Of a stretch of DNA of 64,000 nt, positions 1 to 13,000 are shown piece by piece. This DNA is from Hemiscyllium ocellatum (taxonomy: Eukaryota): positions 27,900,001-27,964,000 of the forward strand of contig NC_083404.1 in NCBI RefSeq assembly GCF_020745735.1, in the 5' to 3' direction. The translations under genes were made by a program, and so were the position numbers. The notes below the pieces were generated by a model. The model searched no databases, had not been told where the DNA came from, and saw nothing but the letters and a program-made list of their open reading frames with translations. Position 1 is the stretch's first letter, and each line of letters opens with the position of its first letter.

Positions 1-149
1 AGTACAGGATTACGGGAAGAGGCATGAGATTAACAAAAAGTCGAGATGCTAAGAGTGACTATGTAATCATGGTAGGTTGAAGGGGCCTCCTTCTTCACCA
101 TAACAATTCTGAACAGTGAACAGCTGCCACTTGAAATCAAAAACACAGA

Positions 150-540
150 GTGGAACAGGAGAGAATAACCAAAAACAGCTAAAGAGAAGCAAACAAAACA
201 CAGGAATCGGCAATAAATTGAATTATTAAATTCAATGGAGAGTCGGGGACCCTACAAAATTGCGAACTGAAATCTGAGATGCTTGTTACTCAAGTTAACA
301 ATGAGCTTCAATAGAACATATCAGCAAGCTGAAGATAGAGAGCTCCAAGCATGAATGTGGCAAGGAACTGAAACCTCAGGTACCTAGAAATTCAAGGACA
401 TACTTACAGGCTGGACTCCCTCATGTATAGAGCGTCACATTCTAAGCAATTCACTTCTACATTTTTCAGTTTGGTTATAGCATTCACTTGTCCGAATGTG
501 GTCTTTTCTATTTTGTTGTTTTGCAGACTATGAAAAAGTA
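150..540 (-). mobile_element. Old Penelope-like element fragments
   Basis: Minus strand shows decayed KLE-QHL...GLSIEFNN, resembling the C-terminus of the PLE at 44468-45793. Confidence 0.45.
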
Positions 541-947
541 CCAGTCAGGCCAGAACATACTGTAACAATACATTTATTTGATCGCTAACTCAGTCATACT
601 TTGTTTTTCAAGCCCACTCTCAGTCCTCATAGAAACTGAATTGACTCCCATTTTGGCCCCACTCCAGTAAAGTGAAATCTAAATCTTACACAACATATTT
701 TTTAAAAAAGACAAAAAAGTGATTATCTTGCATACAAATGAAAACTGTGGGTTAAGGAGAAATATTAATGAACTGATAAATAAATAGCTTAGAAGATAAA
801 ATGTATCCACACTATTGCTAATATTTCATAATTTTGATGAATACTTCGGTTATAAAGCAAAATCACATTGAAATGTTAAAGAAACATTTTTCCTGGTTTA
901 GACCACAAGATTACAGATTTATATAGGACCGGTTTAGTAAGACTCAC

Positions 948-1017
948 CTTATGTAAGGCACAGCATCATTCTGAACAAGATCTAGCAACCACTGCAATTC
1001 TTCAATACTCCTGTCCA
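948..1017 (-). CDS. TAF2: TAF2 exon 21 (70 nt)
   Basis: (V)[22 protein letters not shown](R); AG/GTGAGT. Confidence 0.95.
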
Positions 1018-4000
1018 CTGAGGGGAAATTTTAATGAAGAACTTAAAAGTCGGACATACCAAAAACAAAATATTCAAACTCAGAAAACAGTAAACACAAA
1101 GCATATTGTTTCAGAGACAATTGTAAAATATGTCTGTAAAATCATGATTTACCAAGACTCAAAAGAACAGCCAGTAATTTGATTTTTAAAAGTGTGCATG
1201 AAAAAAAACTAATAGAAACCTACACCTTTATAAAATTACAATTCCACAAAATGTCTCAGCTTGTAGGTCAAACATATCATCTTTTCTATTGCTATTTGCT
1301 TTTTTTGAACTTTCTACTATGCCACAGGAAACAGTTTTAGCAGCATTAAAACTTTCATAAAAAACAACTTTTATAAAGTGTCAAATATAGATTCCAGTAG
1401 CATTCATTATTGGCAACTTGGATGATTTGAAATAGTGCAGTGGTCAAGAGGGGCTCGCGATTGTTAGCTTTGTCTGTTCATACAAATGTTCGGCATAGCT
1501 CTTTTCTTGAAGGGCTCTTCTTCTAATGCAAAATTCAATTCATATTCTTACGTACTCCTTTAAACGGAAGCAACTCGAAACACTCATTAGAGATAATACG
1601 TAGAAATCAGCTTGAGTGATTTAATTTCGACATAGATAATGGGGTCATTTGACCAGTACTCACATCGTGATATGGATACGACACACAAGGGTAGCCGAAA
1701 ACAGTTGAAAACTAACAGACAATAAAACCAGAAGATACAGGAGCAGAATTAGCAAATTAGGCCATTCGGCCCATCACGTCTGCTCAGTTATTCAATCATG
1801 GCTGATATATTTCTCAGGAGAAAGTGAGGACTGCAGATGTGGGAGATCATCTGCAACATGATCTCCATGTTGCTGAAAAATGTGTTGAAGAAGGGCTTAT
1901 GCCCGAAACGCTGATTCTCCTGTTCCTTGGATGCTGCCTGACTTGCTGCGCTTTTCCAGCAACACATTTTTCAGCTCTGATATATTTCTCAACCACGTTA
2001 GCCTCCACAGCCTTCTATGGCAACGAGTTCTACAGATTGATTACTCACTGGCTGAAGAAATTCTTCATCTCAGTGCTAAATGGTGGTGCCTTCACGGAGG
2101 TTGTACCCTCTGGTCCTTACTTCTACTACTGGAAACATCTGAACCACATCCAAGGAACAAAGAAAATTTACAGCCCAGGAACAGGCCCTTAGGTCCTCCA
2201 AGCCTGAGCCGATCCAAATCCACTGTCTAAACTGATCACCCAATTCCTAAGCATCTGTATCCCTCTGCATCCGTCCAGACACACCTTAAGTGAATCTACC
2301 ATGCCTGCCTCTACCACCTTTGCTGGCAACACGTTTCAGGTAGCTACCAGCCTCTGTGTGAAGTACTTTCTGCGTGTATCTCTCAAACCTTTCACCTCTC
2401 ACCTTGAATGCGTGATTTCTCTTACGGAATCCCTTACATGGGAAAAAGCTTATCTCCATCTACCCTGTCGATACCCTTCATGATTTTGTAGACCTTAATC
2501 TCCTTTTTCCTAATGAAAACAAACCTAATCAACCAACCTCTCTTCATAGCTAGCACTTTCCATACAGGCACCATCCTCATAAACTTTCCCTGCACCCTTT
2601 CCAAAGCGTCCACATCCTTTTGGTAACGTGGCAACCAGAACTGTACACAGTATTGTACATGCGGCCGAACCAAAGTCTTGTACAATTTTCACATGACATG
2701 CCAGCTCTTATACTCAGTACCCCATCCAATGAAGGTAAGCATACCATGTGCCTTCTCGATCTCTCTATCCACCTGTACAGCCACCTACAGAGTACAATGG
2801 ACCTGAACTCCCAGATCTCTCTGCTCATCAACTTCTCCCAAAGCTCTTCCATTTACAGTATTGTTCACTCAAGATTTACCGAAATACATCACCTCACATT
2901 TGCCTAGTTTGAACTCCATTTGCCACTTCTTTGCCCAACTCTCCAGTCTTTCTATATGCTCTTGTATTCTTTGACAGCAACTTATGCTTTCTGCTACAGC
3001 ATCAATCTTCGTGGCATCTGCAAACTTAATGGTCAGACTAACAATGCCCTCTTCCAGATTATTTATGTATACTGCAAACAACAGTGGCCCCAGCACTGAT
3101 CCCTGTGGAATATCACTGGTCACCTTTCTCCATTTCGAGAAACTCCCTTCAACTACTACTTTCTCCTGCATCTCAACCTTTTCTTTATCCACCTAACCAG
3201 AACATCCTGCACACCATGTGACTTCACTTTCTCCATTTGTTTACCACGGGGAACCTTGTCAAGTGCCTTACTAAACTCCACAGATATGCCATTTACAGCC
3301 CTTCCTTCATCTATCAACTTGGTTACTACCACAAAGAACTCTATTAAGTTGGTAAGACACAATCTCCCCTGCACAAAATCATGTCACCTATCACTGATAA
3401 GCCCACTTTTTTCAAAATATAAATAAATATAAATATAAACAGATTTTATCCCTCAGTACCTTCTCCAGCAACTTTGTCACTACTGACATCTGTAGTTTCC
3501 TGGAATATCCCTACTACCCTTCTTGTACAGGGGACAACATGAGCAACCCTCCAGTCCTCTGGCACTTCACCAGTGTTTAAGGAGGCTACAAAGATATCTG
3601 GCAGGACCCCAGCCATTTCCTCTCTCGCCTCCCTCAGCAATATGGGATAGATCTCATTCGGTCCTGGGGATTTGACCACCTTAATATCCTTCAAACTACC
3701 CAACACATCTTACCTCCTTATGTCAACATGATCCAGAGTAAACACAATTTCTATCCACTTCCACTTTATCCAGACCTTTCAGCATACTATGAAGTTTCAA
3801 TGAGATCCACCTCATCCTTCTAAACTCCACTAAGTGCAGACCCCCCAGAGTTCTCAATTGCTCATGACAAGCCCTTCGATCCTAAAATCATTCTGGTAAA
3901 CATCCTCTGCATACCCTACAATGCCAACACATGCTTTCTTCGACACGAAGCCAAAAAATATGCACAATACAGAGCATACTTAACTACTATTAAAAAGTAG

Positions 4001-7000
4001 TTCAGAAAAATGTTAAAACAACAAATTTTCACAGTGCACCATATGGGAAAATGAGCGTAGATATCTCAAAGCATAATCCAATACATCCGATTAAAGCAAT
4101 GTCACAGAAAAGTGACACAATGTTCAGGCTGAGTTTCTGAATTTAGATAGTCAGCAGCAATGCTGAGATAACGAACATTGGGGTGCATAAGATGAAAGAA
4201 ATGGAAGAGCACTGATATCTCAAAAGGTTGTAAGTCTGTAAGTAGTTAGAGACGTAACAAGATCATGGAAGAATCTGAAAATGGAATTAGAATTTTAAAA
4301 TTTATTAGTTTCTCAATTGGTGCCAATGTAAGTCAAAGAGCACAAGGTAATACATGAAGCAAACTAAAATTAGGGGACAATTTTAAATGACCTTGAGTTT
4401 GAGAGTGAAAGAGTGGAGTATTATAATAGAAGATTCTTTTGAGGATTCGTGTTGAAGGATTTTGAACAATAGTGCACCTGGATGCTGGACCTTCTTTTGA
4501 AAACAGACAATTGAAAGGACAATGGCAAACTTAAGAGACATTTCTTGAAAGTCACATGGTTGAAGATTGGACTCACTTACCACCTAGTTGGTGTTATGGA
4601 TGTGAGGAATTGGGTTTTGTTTGGAGATGGCTTGGATTTCAGTCAGCCACAGCCTGCTGAAAGGAAGAAGTTACCCAGCTTCTGCCTTTCATCAAAACAC
4701 CAGTTGAAAGTTCAGGGTGAGAACTGAAATCTAGATCAAGCTGTTCTCCTGAAAAGCATCTGAGTGTTCTTTTTTTTTTACAATGCTACGGATAAAACAA
4801 ACAAAAAAAAGGGGCGGGATATATATACTGAACTTGGATATCCTAAAGGCATTTAATAAAGTGACATATGGTGGCATTTAATAAGATTTAAGTGAGATAT
4901 TTCAGTGGAAAAGAATTACGGTCGAACAAAACCTGAAGTTAATATGTACATTTACAAAAAAGGATATATGCAAGTCACAATTACAAGTGAAAGTTTCTGT
5001 ATTGCAATTAATTGATAAAATCATGTTGGATTATCGAAAACAAAACACAAAGCTTCCACTGTTAAATGTTGATAATATTTTGTATTATTGAGTCATACAG
5101 TTATACTGCATGGAACCAGATCCTTTGGTCCAACCAATCCATGCCCATAATCCCAGACTAAATAGTCTCACCTGCCTGCCCGTGAACATTTCTTGCTCAC
5201 TTACTTATCTAATTGTCTTTTAAACATTGTAACTATAGCCATATCCACCGCTTTCTCTGAAAGTTCATTCCATAAATGAACCCTTATGTAAAAAAAGATT
5301 TCTCCTCTCACCTTCAAAATATGCTTTTTAGTTTTGAAATCCCACTCACCCGAGTTAAAAGACACCTGCCATTCACCTTATTCATATCCTTCTTGATTTT
5401 ATGAACTTCTAGAAGGTCATCCCTCGATCTCCTATGCTCCAGTGAAATGAGTCCTAGCCTGTGCAGCATCTCCATATAATTCAAACCTTCCATTCCTGGC
5501 AACAAGCTGGTAAACCTCTTCTGAACTCTCTCCAACTGAATAATATCCTTCCTAAAAGAGGGTGACTGGAACTAGACACAGTACTCCAGAATATGTCTCA
5601 CCAATGCTTTGTACAACCGCAACATAACTATTCCAACTCCGAAACTCAAGAGGTCTGAGCAATGAATGTAAGTCTGCTAAATGCCATCTTAACACCCTAT
5701 CTATATGTGACACAAACTTCAAAGAATTACATAAGTGAACCCAGAGGTGTCTCTGTTCCACAATACTACCCAAGGCCCTACTTTGCATTGTGCAAGTCCT
5801 ACCCTTGCTTGTTTTACCAAAGTGCAATACTTCACATTTATTCAAATTAAACTCCATTTACCACTCTTCAGCCCATTGACGCAAGTGATCAAGGTCTCTT
5901 TGTAATGTGAAATGACTTTCTTCATTGTCTACTACACCATCAATGTTGGTATCATTCACAAACCTATTAACCATGCCTTCTATATTTGCATCTAAATCAT
6001 TTATATAAATTACAAACAAAAATGCACCTAGTACCAACCCCCTGTGGAACAACACTGGTCACAGGCCTCTCGTCCAAAAAAAACCTATCCTCCCTTACTG
6101 CTTCTTGTTACGGAGCCAATTTTATATTCAATTGCAAGATCATCCTGAATCCCATGTGATCCAAATTTACTAACTACTCTACCATGCAGAACTTCGTTGA
6201 AGGTTTTACTAGTTTAAGTAAACAATGCCTATCGCTCTGCCCTCATCAATCTTCTTGGTTACATCCTCAGAAAACTCAATCAAGTTTGTAAGACACTATT
6301 TCCCTCACACAAAACCAAACTTACTATCCCTAATCATTCTTTGGTTCTCCAAATGCATACAAATCCTCTCTTTTGGAATCACTAACAACCTATCCACCAT
6401 CAAAGTCAGACTCACAGGTCTGAAGTCCCCAGGCTTCTCCTCACATCCCTTCTTAAACAAAGGCACAACATGAGTCACTCTCCAAACATCCAGCATCTCA
6501 CCCATAATTATAGATGATACAAATACTACTGCAAGAGGCTCTGCAATTTCCTCCCTAACTTCCCATAACATAGGATACACGAGAAAAGGCACCATATTAA
6601 AATTCAAATGTAGTCACACATCAAGACCAAACCTTGCGTATAATCCACAACTGCTTCCAAAGCTGCAATGCGAACATCAACAAAGTGTCCATATTCTGCG
6701 TATGATTTGAAAAGTGATGGATCGCTGGGAATATGTCCATTCTTCTGGAGCACCCGAATTGCTTTCAGGCAACTGCAATGTAAACAAAGCAAGTGCACTG
6801 TTTAAAAATATTGAAGCCTCTATGTTCTTTGTGGTTCAACAATGGATTGAATTCTATTAGTGAATATCTAGAGGCAGTTAAGTTTATTCAGTTCCCAATC
6901 ATGACACAACTAAGTTTCCATTTTCTGAAGCTAACATGTGAGAAGGTAGAAGAACAAACAAGAGCAGAACTGAAGCTGTGGGGGTAGAAGATTAAAAGCT

Positions 7001-10000
7001 TGTAGATGATTGCATAGATTATTATAAGAATAGGTTAGAAAGGTCTAGCAAATTCAGTGTGTTGGTAAATAGGTAACCAGTGTAGCTGAGTGAAGTATGC
7101 AAAATTAACTTGTGCAGGAGAACAGTCAGCAATGATACTGATGAAAAAAAAATCTTCATTTGTTAATAGTGTGGATAAGCAATAGGCCTGAAAAACAGGA
7201 ATATCAAGGATAGAGTTTTGCTGTATATTCTGGTAATATATATTGGAGCTCCTTAGTATTCTCATCAACATAAATAACTGTGTTGTCTGTTTGGCCACAA
7301 GCCATCAAGTGATAGAGCCATGAACATTTACTCTAATTGGGGCATCAATTAGCCCTGCTATAATATCAAACGCTAAACTGCAAACTTCACCAGTCATCTA
7401 TCTGGTCACTCTTGGGTTGCTCGAGCTGCAGCTAAATTACTGAACTTCACATTATATACAGTATCATATACACATCTTAAACATTGTTTACCTCCAGCAA
7501 ACATAAGCCTCGTTCTTATCTGTGCTTTTCTAAGTTTATAGGAATGTTATTAATACGTATTTTTAGCTTCATAGTAAGATAACATAAGAGCTTTGGTAAC
7601 AAAGGGAAAACAGCTGCATGAAAGACCAAATTCTTTCAAATTGCAAGGATATCACAAATAGTATGTTCTTGATTTACACTGAGAATTGTTTAATTTTCAT
7701 TCATATAATGTTGATGTATACACAAGTTAAATAATATTTCCATTTGCCAAGGACAAAATAATGAGCATAGTAATATAATGATGCTGAAATTAGAGTTTTG
7801 TGACTAGACAGGTATCAGGTGCAAATTCACGCAGAGAAAATGTGTAGTACATTTTGCAAAGATGTGGAAAAAAAGGAATACTCTAATTAGTAACTTGGTT
7901 AACAGAAAGGTACAATAGTGATTTGTGGGGATGCAAATCAGGTCCTTAAAAAGTTCAGGTAAAAAGGCCATAAAAGGTCTTTTGGCTTTAAACATAGTCC
8001 TCAAATCCAAACCGTTCAAGAGGGTAAATAATGCTTATTGCCAATTTGTTAACAGAAAGGCAGAAAATCAGGATCACTGGATGAATGAAGAACAGTCTGA
8101 AAATTATTACATATTAATGCATGAAATACTTCACCAGAAACAGCTACTGGTTCAAATATTTTCTCAACTTACAAGAATAAGCAAGTATTTGAAAGGGAAA
8201 AAGATAAAAACCTGAAGTGAAATATGACGACAGCAGATAATTTGCGTTGGACACTTCTAACTGAAGTTCCATGGGTTGAGAGGCCAGCTCTTTTCTATAA
8301 ATTGCCATTAGGAGCATTAAAATTAGAAGGTATTTGGTCTGACAACTGAAGTACACAACAAAACTGAATTCCATTATATGAAGTGGATAAAATGGAAATG
8401 TGCAACAGAGTGGTAAAACATATGGTTAAAGTCATAACCCCACTTGCACTTCAAAGTGAAAAAGTCAAAATGAGGTCAGAGTGGGGTTGAAAATGGATGA
8501 GACAAAGGAAAACTAAGGGGCAAGTAGCTGAGAGACAGCCTGGAAATATGTTTCGCCATGCCTTTTTGATCATTGCTGGCCTTAACCCAAGGATAAAAAT
8601 AAAAGCTTGTTTACAAATAAAACAAAACAGAAAAGCATACAGGATCAATCACAATGCTGGATTTGAATTTTGGAATTGATGAGTGCTGTAAGTTACTGAA
8701 GCTGTCCTTTAAAAATTTTTCAAGGATGCACATGGTCTTTTTGTTACATGAAATTTGAGAATTTTTTTAGATATGTGAATTGAATAAAAGATTGTAACAG
8801 AGTTATTCAAAATTCTGCTGCCATAACACAGTGGGCAAAAGCAGCATTTAATAATACTTCATTAAATGCTATCACAGATAAATAAAAAGCAGAAAACATT
8901 CAACTGATGCATCCATAGATTGTTTTAACAAAATAAGAATCAGTCAACAGAAAGAGAGAGGGTGCTCAGAAAAGCACATATTTCCAGCATGCTGGAACTA
9001 ACTCAACATTATTACACATGCTTTCTTCCCCAAAGTATTTGCCTATCTGGTCCATGCTCTCTACTGCAAAGCTAAAAACATTCTCATTCAAAGCTTCACT
9101 CTCACTAAGGAGTCTTCACACTAACCCACATCTAGTAATGTGCACTGAAAACTCTCTTCATATTTTGACAATGGCAAATCACAGCACCGAAGACAAGCCA
9201 CTGTATTCTAAAAACTCAATATTACAACTTAAACAATCCCAATATTCTTTATCAAAAAGTCTATTGCCACAACTGATGTTATCAGAATCTTTTGAAAAAC
9301 ATCAGGATTCAGATCTTTGCCAAATACTAATCAGTTCTTCCTGAGCCCATGCCGTCTACCAGATTTCATTGAATTCTGTCCATTAATTTTTCAGGTGCTT
9401 CTTTGTTAAAAACGCAGACGGGATGAAAACGATAATTCCTACCATCTTCCATTGCACAGGTAACTAGATTTTCACCAAATCATTACTGCTGAAACTAATG
9501 GCTACGAACAGGACTCCCAACTAACTTGACATGAAGTTAATTTGGATTTGTAAATATTTATCAAGGAGTACCTGACAGTTATTGTATTTCTGTAACTTGG
9601 AAGCAGTTTCTCCATATTTAGAAATCGGGTGATCTCTTCCAGAATTAGACGAACATCAAGATTGAGATTGTCCAACGTTCGAACCTCATTGTTGATGCTA
9701 ATTGCAGGTGTCACTGAGTTGGCAAGTGCATCTATAAGTTCAGCACGATAATAGTTGTCTGAAAACTTGAAGCAATTTTAAATAGAACGATTAAAATAAA
9801 CCAGGTGAAAAGACAATCTTACAATCAAAAACAGTCTTAACTTTCTGTACATTTCTTGGAAACATTAGCTGGCATTGTTGACATGACAGTTTTTTTTGAA
9901 AAAAATCAAAATCTTCAACTCCAAAGACTAGAAGATTTAGAAAGAACTGGAGCAGAATAGTTATGTTAATTCAGGGACTCGATTTCAAATCCCACCATGG

Positions 10001-13000
10001 CAGATAAGGAATTTAAAATGTAATTATTGAAATAAATCTGGAATTTAACGAAGTGGATTTTTGGCAATATTTGGCAGTTGACCACTGCTAGTGTTATTTC
10101 AATTAAATTCCAGATTTATTTAAATAATTGCATTCAAATTCCTGACCTGCCATAATGGGATGTGAAATTGAGTCCCTGAATTATCATAACCCTTCTGCTA
10201 CCCTTTCTTTCTAAATCTTTCAATTTTAGGATTGAGAGTACAAAGACAGAGATAATGTATTTGCAACTGTCCTAGGCAGAAATGTTAATTGCTAAGCCTG
10301 TCTTGGCCATGTATGAAAATCCTTAGTATCACAGTTACTAATATTGACCAATTCAATTCATTCCATGTGCTGTCACAGACTGTACTGCATTCGGTAAAGA
10401 AACCAACAACGTCCCAGATGTCATATTGAGGACTTGCACAATAAAGCTCGACAAGTCTCCAATCAAGCTATTCCAGTACAGGTGCAATGTTAACATCTAA
10501 CTAAATTTGGAAACTTGCTAGGTATGTCTTGCTCACAAAACATAAGACTATCTTTCTCCAGTCAATTATCATTCAACTCTCATTACCAAAGTTATGCAAG
10601 GTATTACTGACAGAGCTATGTTCTGATACTTAATAACCTGAGTTTTGATACCTAGTTTAGTCAGAACCACTCAGCTCAGTGACTTAAAAATACTTTTACA
10701 AGTCAAAAGATGATAATTCTGGAGTTGACATGAGTAGGCATCAAAGCATTTGACCAAGATCCAAGTATCACATCAAAACTAAAGTCAATAAGAATCAGAG
10801 GGAAAAAGTATACTCACTGAACTCATACAGAGCACAAAGTAAAACTGTTGAGAAACAAATCATTTCTGCTCCAGTACATTGCTCTTGTTGTTCCTCTGAA
10901 CCTTTCCTCAGGACTACACCCTAGATGCAACCATCTTGAGCTTTCTCATTAATGACCTTTCTTCCACCGAAAGCTCAGAAGTATTATGTCAGTTGATTAT
11001 TGCAAAGCTGTTTATTGGCACTCCATAATAATGGAGCAGTCCTTGCCAAGGCGTGGACAATATTCTCACTGGCTGCTAAGTGGCAAGTAAGATTTGCACC
11101 ACACAAACATCAGAAATAACCAGTGACTAGTGACAATCTAACCACTTCCTTCACAATAAAAATTACAAACATGAAATTCTACATATTACCCCATGGTCAA
11201 CATTAGTTCAGTTTCTAATCAAACAAATCACAAATACTGTGGCTTCAAAAGTAGGCCAGAAGCTGGTATCCTGCAAAAAACTTAATTGAGTTCCTAAAAA
11301 CAAGGTACAGGTCAGGCAATGTAATGGAATAGTTTCCACTTGTCTGGAGAAATGCAGTTACATCAACACAAGCAGTCTGACACTGTCCTGGATAAAGAAA
11401 CCCATTTGATTGGCATCTCATCTGCTAACTTGGTCACATTTCCACCAATGGCTTCATTACTTATCATCTACAAGATGCATTACAGCTATTTGGGAAGGGT
11501 TTGTCAACAATTCCTTTCAGACTCATCACTTTTGCCACCTAAATGAACAACAGTAGTGAGCATATTTGAAAACCACAACTCCAAAGTTTCCTAAGTTTCA
11601 CACCATCTCAGCTTGGAGATATGTAATCATTCCTTCATTGTCATTCGATCAAAATTCTGAAAATCTCCATAGAACAGTAGTTTGTGTGTGTTTGAACTAC
11701 AAGGACTGCAGAGGTTCAAGGAGACCACCACCTTTGAAAAAAAATAATTAAAGCTGCACCAGCCTTGCCAGGGACACCAATTTCCCATGAATGAATACAA
11801 AATGGAAGCTCAAAAGATGTATTACCTTATTCTTTCTGTTGTCGTTGTATTTAATGAGGTCCAAAATAAAGGCTAATACTTCCTTGGGACACTGGTTATG
11901 GATATCCCGCAGCAAAGCCATAGCAACAGGCATGGTCTGTGAAACGGTAATATTCATTGGTCAACTTCCTTATGTTTCTAAAAAATGTGACAAACAAAAA
12001 GTTTCTGGAAAGACCTTCATGCTCTAGTAATAAATAATTCACAGCAATTTTTTTTAAATGTAGAAAACAACTAGTGTGCTTAGAAAAATGAATCTAACAT
12101 TTGTTACAAGGCTGCTAAATTTAACATTATAATCTGGATAGATACCGATGAATTTCCTTTTTGCTTAAAGTCAAAGTTTGGCATTCCAAATACTTAAAAG
12201 AAGTCTCAAGATTCCATGGGTTTGAACCAACAAATTAAACTACTTTCCAAATTTAGAGCAGTAAAATAATCTATAACAGACACACAACTTGCTCTCTAAC
12301 ATTCAGAATTAATACAAGGTAAATATGATTAACAGTGATCAAATACCTGAGGGACTAGCAAATGTATGGGTCACCAAAATTCATTGAGATGTTGTCTCAT
12401 TCATTAAGAGATTGTAATTCTTCATTTCCAAAAATCTAGTCTTAAAATTCACTGAAAAATCACTGAGATCTTCGTGCTTCAACCCCTTCTCTGAAAGGTT
12501 AAACTTGCCACCAGCTTTCTGTCTACCTGTCTGTCTGTCTCTCTCTCACACATGAAAGAGCAGTTTATGGCCCTCTGGGACAATGGTGATGTCAGTGAAG
12601 TTGATTTATGGATGGTGCGATAGACCAAGACACTATATTCCTATTTAAATGGTGTGAAGATCTCAAGACATTTCAAGAGTAGTCAGGTTGCTCTGTATTT
12701 TGACCATTAATTCTTTACACAACATTGAAGCAAGTTATCTAGTTCAAATTTATTTGATTGTGCAAATTGGTTGCCTAATAGCCTCGAAAAGGAGGACTAC
12801 ACTTCCAAAGTAATAAAGTGATTGTGGAGCTGAGGAAATGATAAGTCACATTTTTTCTAGTTTAACAGGGAGATATGTATTAAGAGTAAATTTAATTGAG
12901 ATAAATAAAATTTGGCAGTGCTGAAGTGTATCTACTTCAAGACAAAGAGTAAATACACAGATAGCTGAAGGCACAGATACAAAATGCTACTATTATTGAG

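Noticed and set aside
1885-1915. Active hammerhead
   Set aside because: Core reads UUGAAGA and the GUC triplet is mutated; copies at ~18765, 24740, 29287, 39160 and 40274 are similarly decayed.
9260-9465. Possible ancient Helentron-associated non-autonomous element
   Set aside because: Only a vague resemblance to recalled fish repeats; not supportable without a search.
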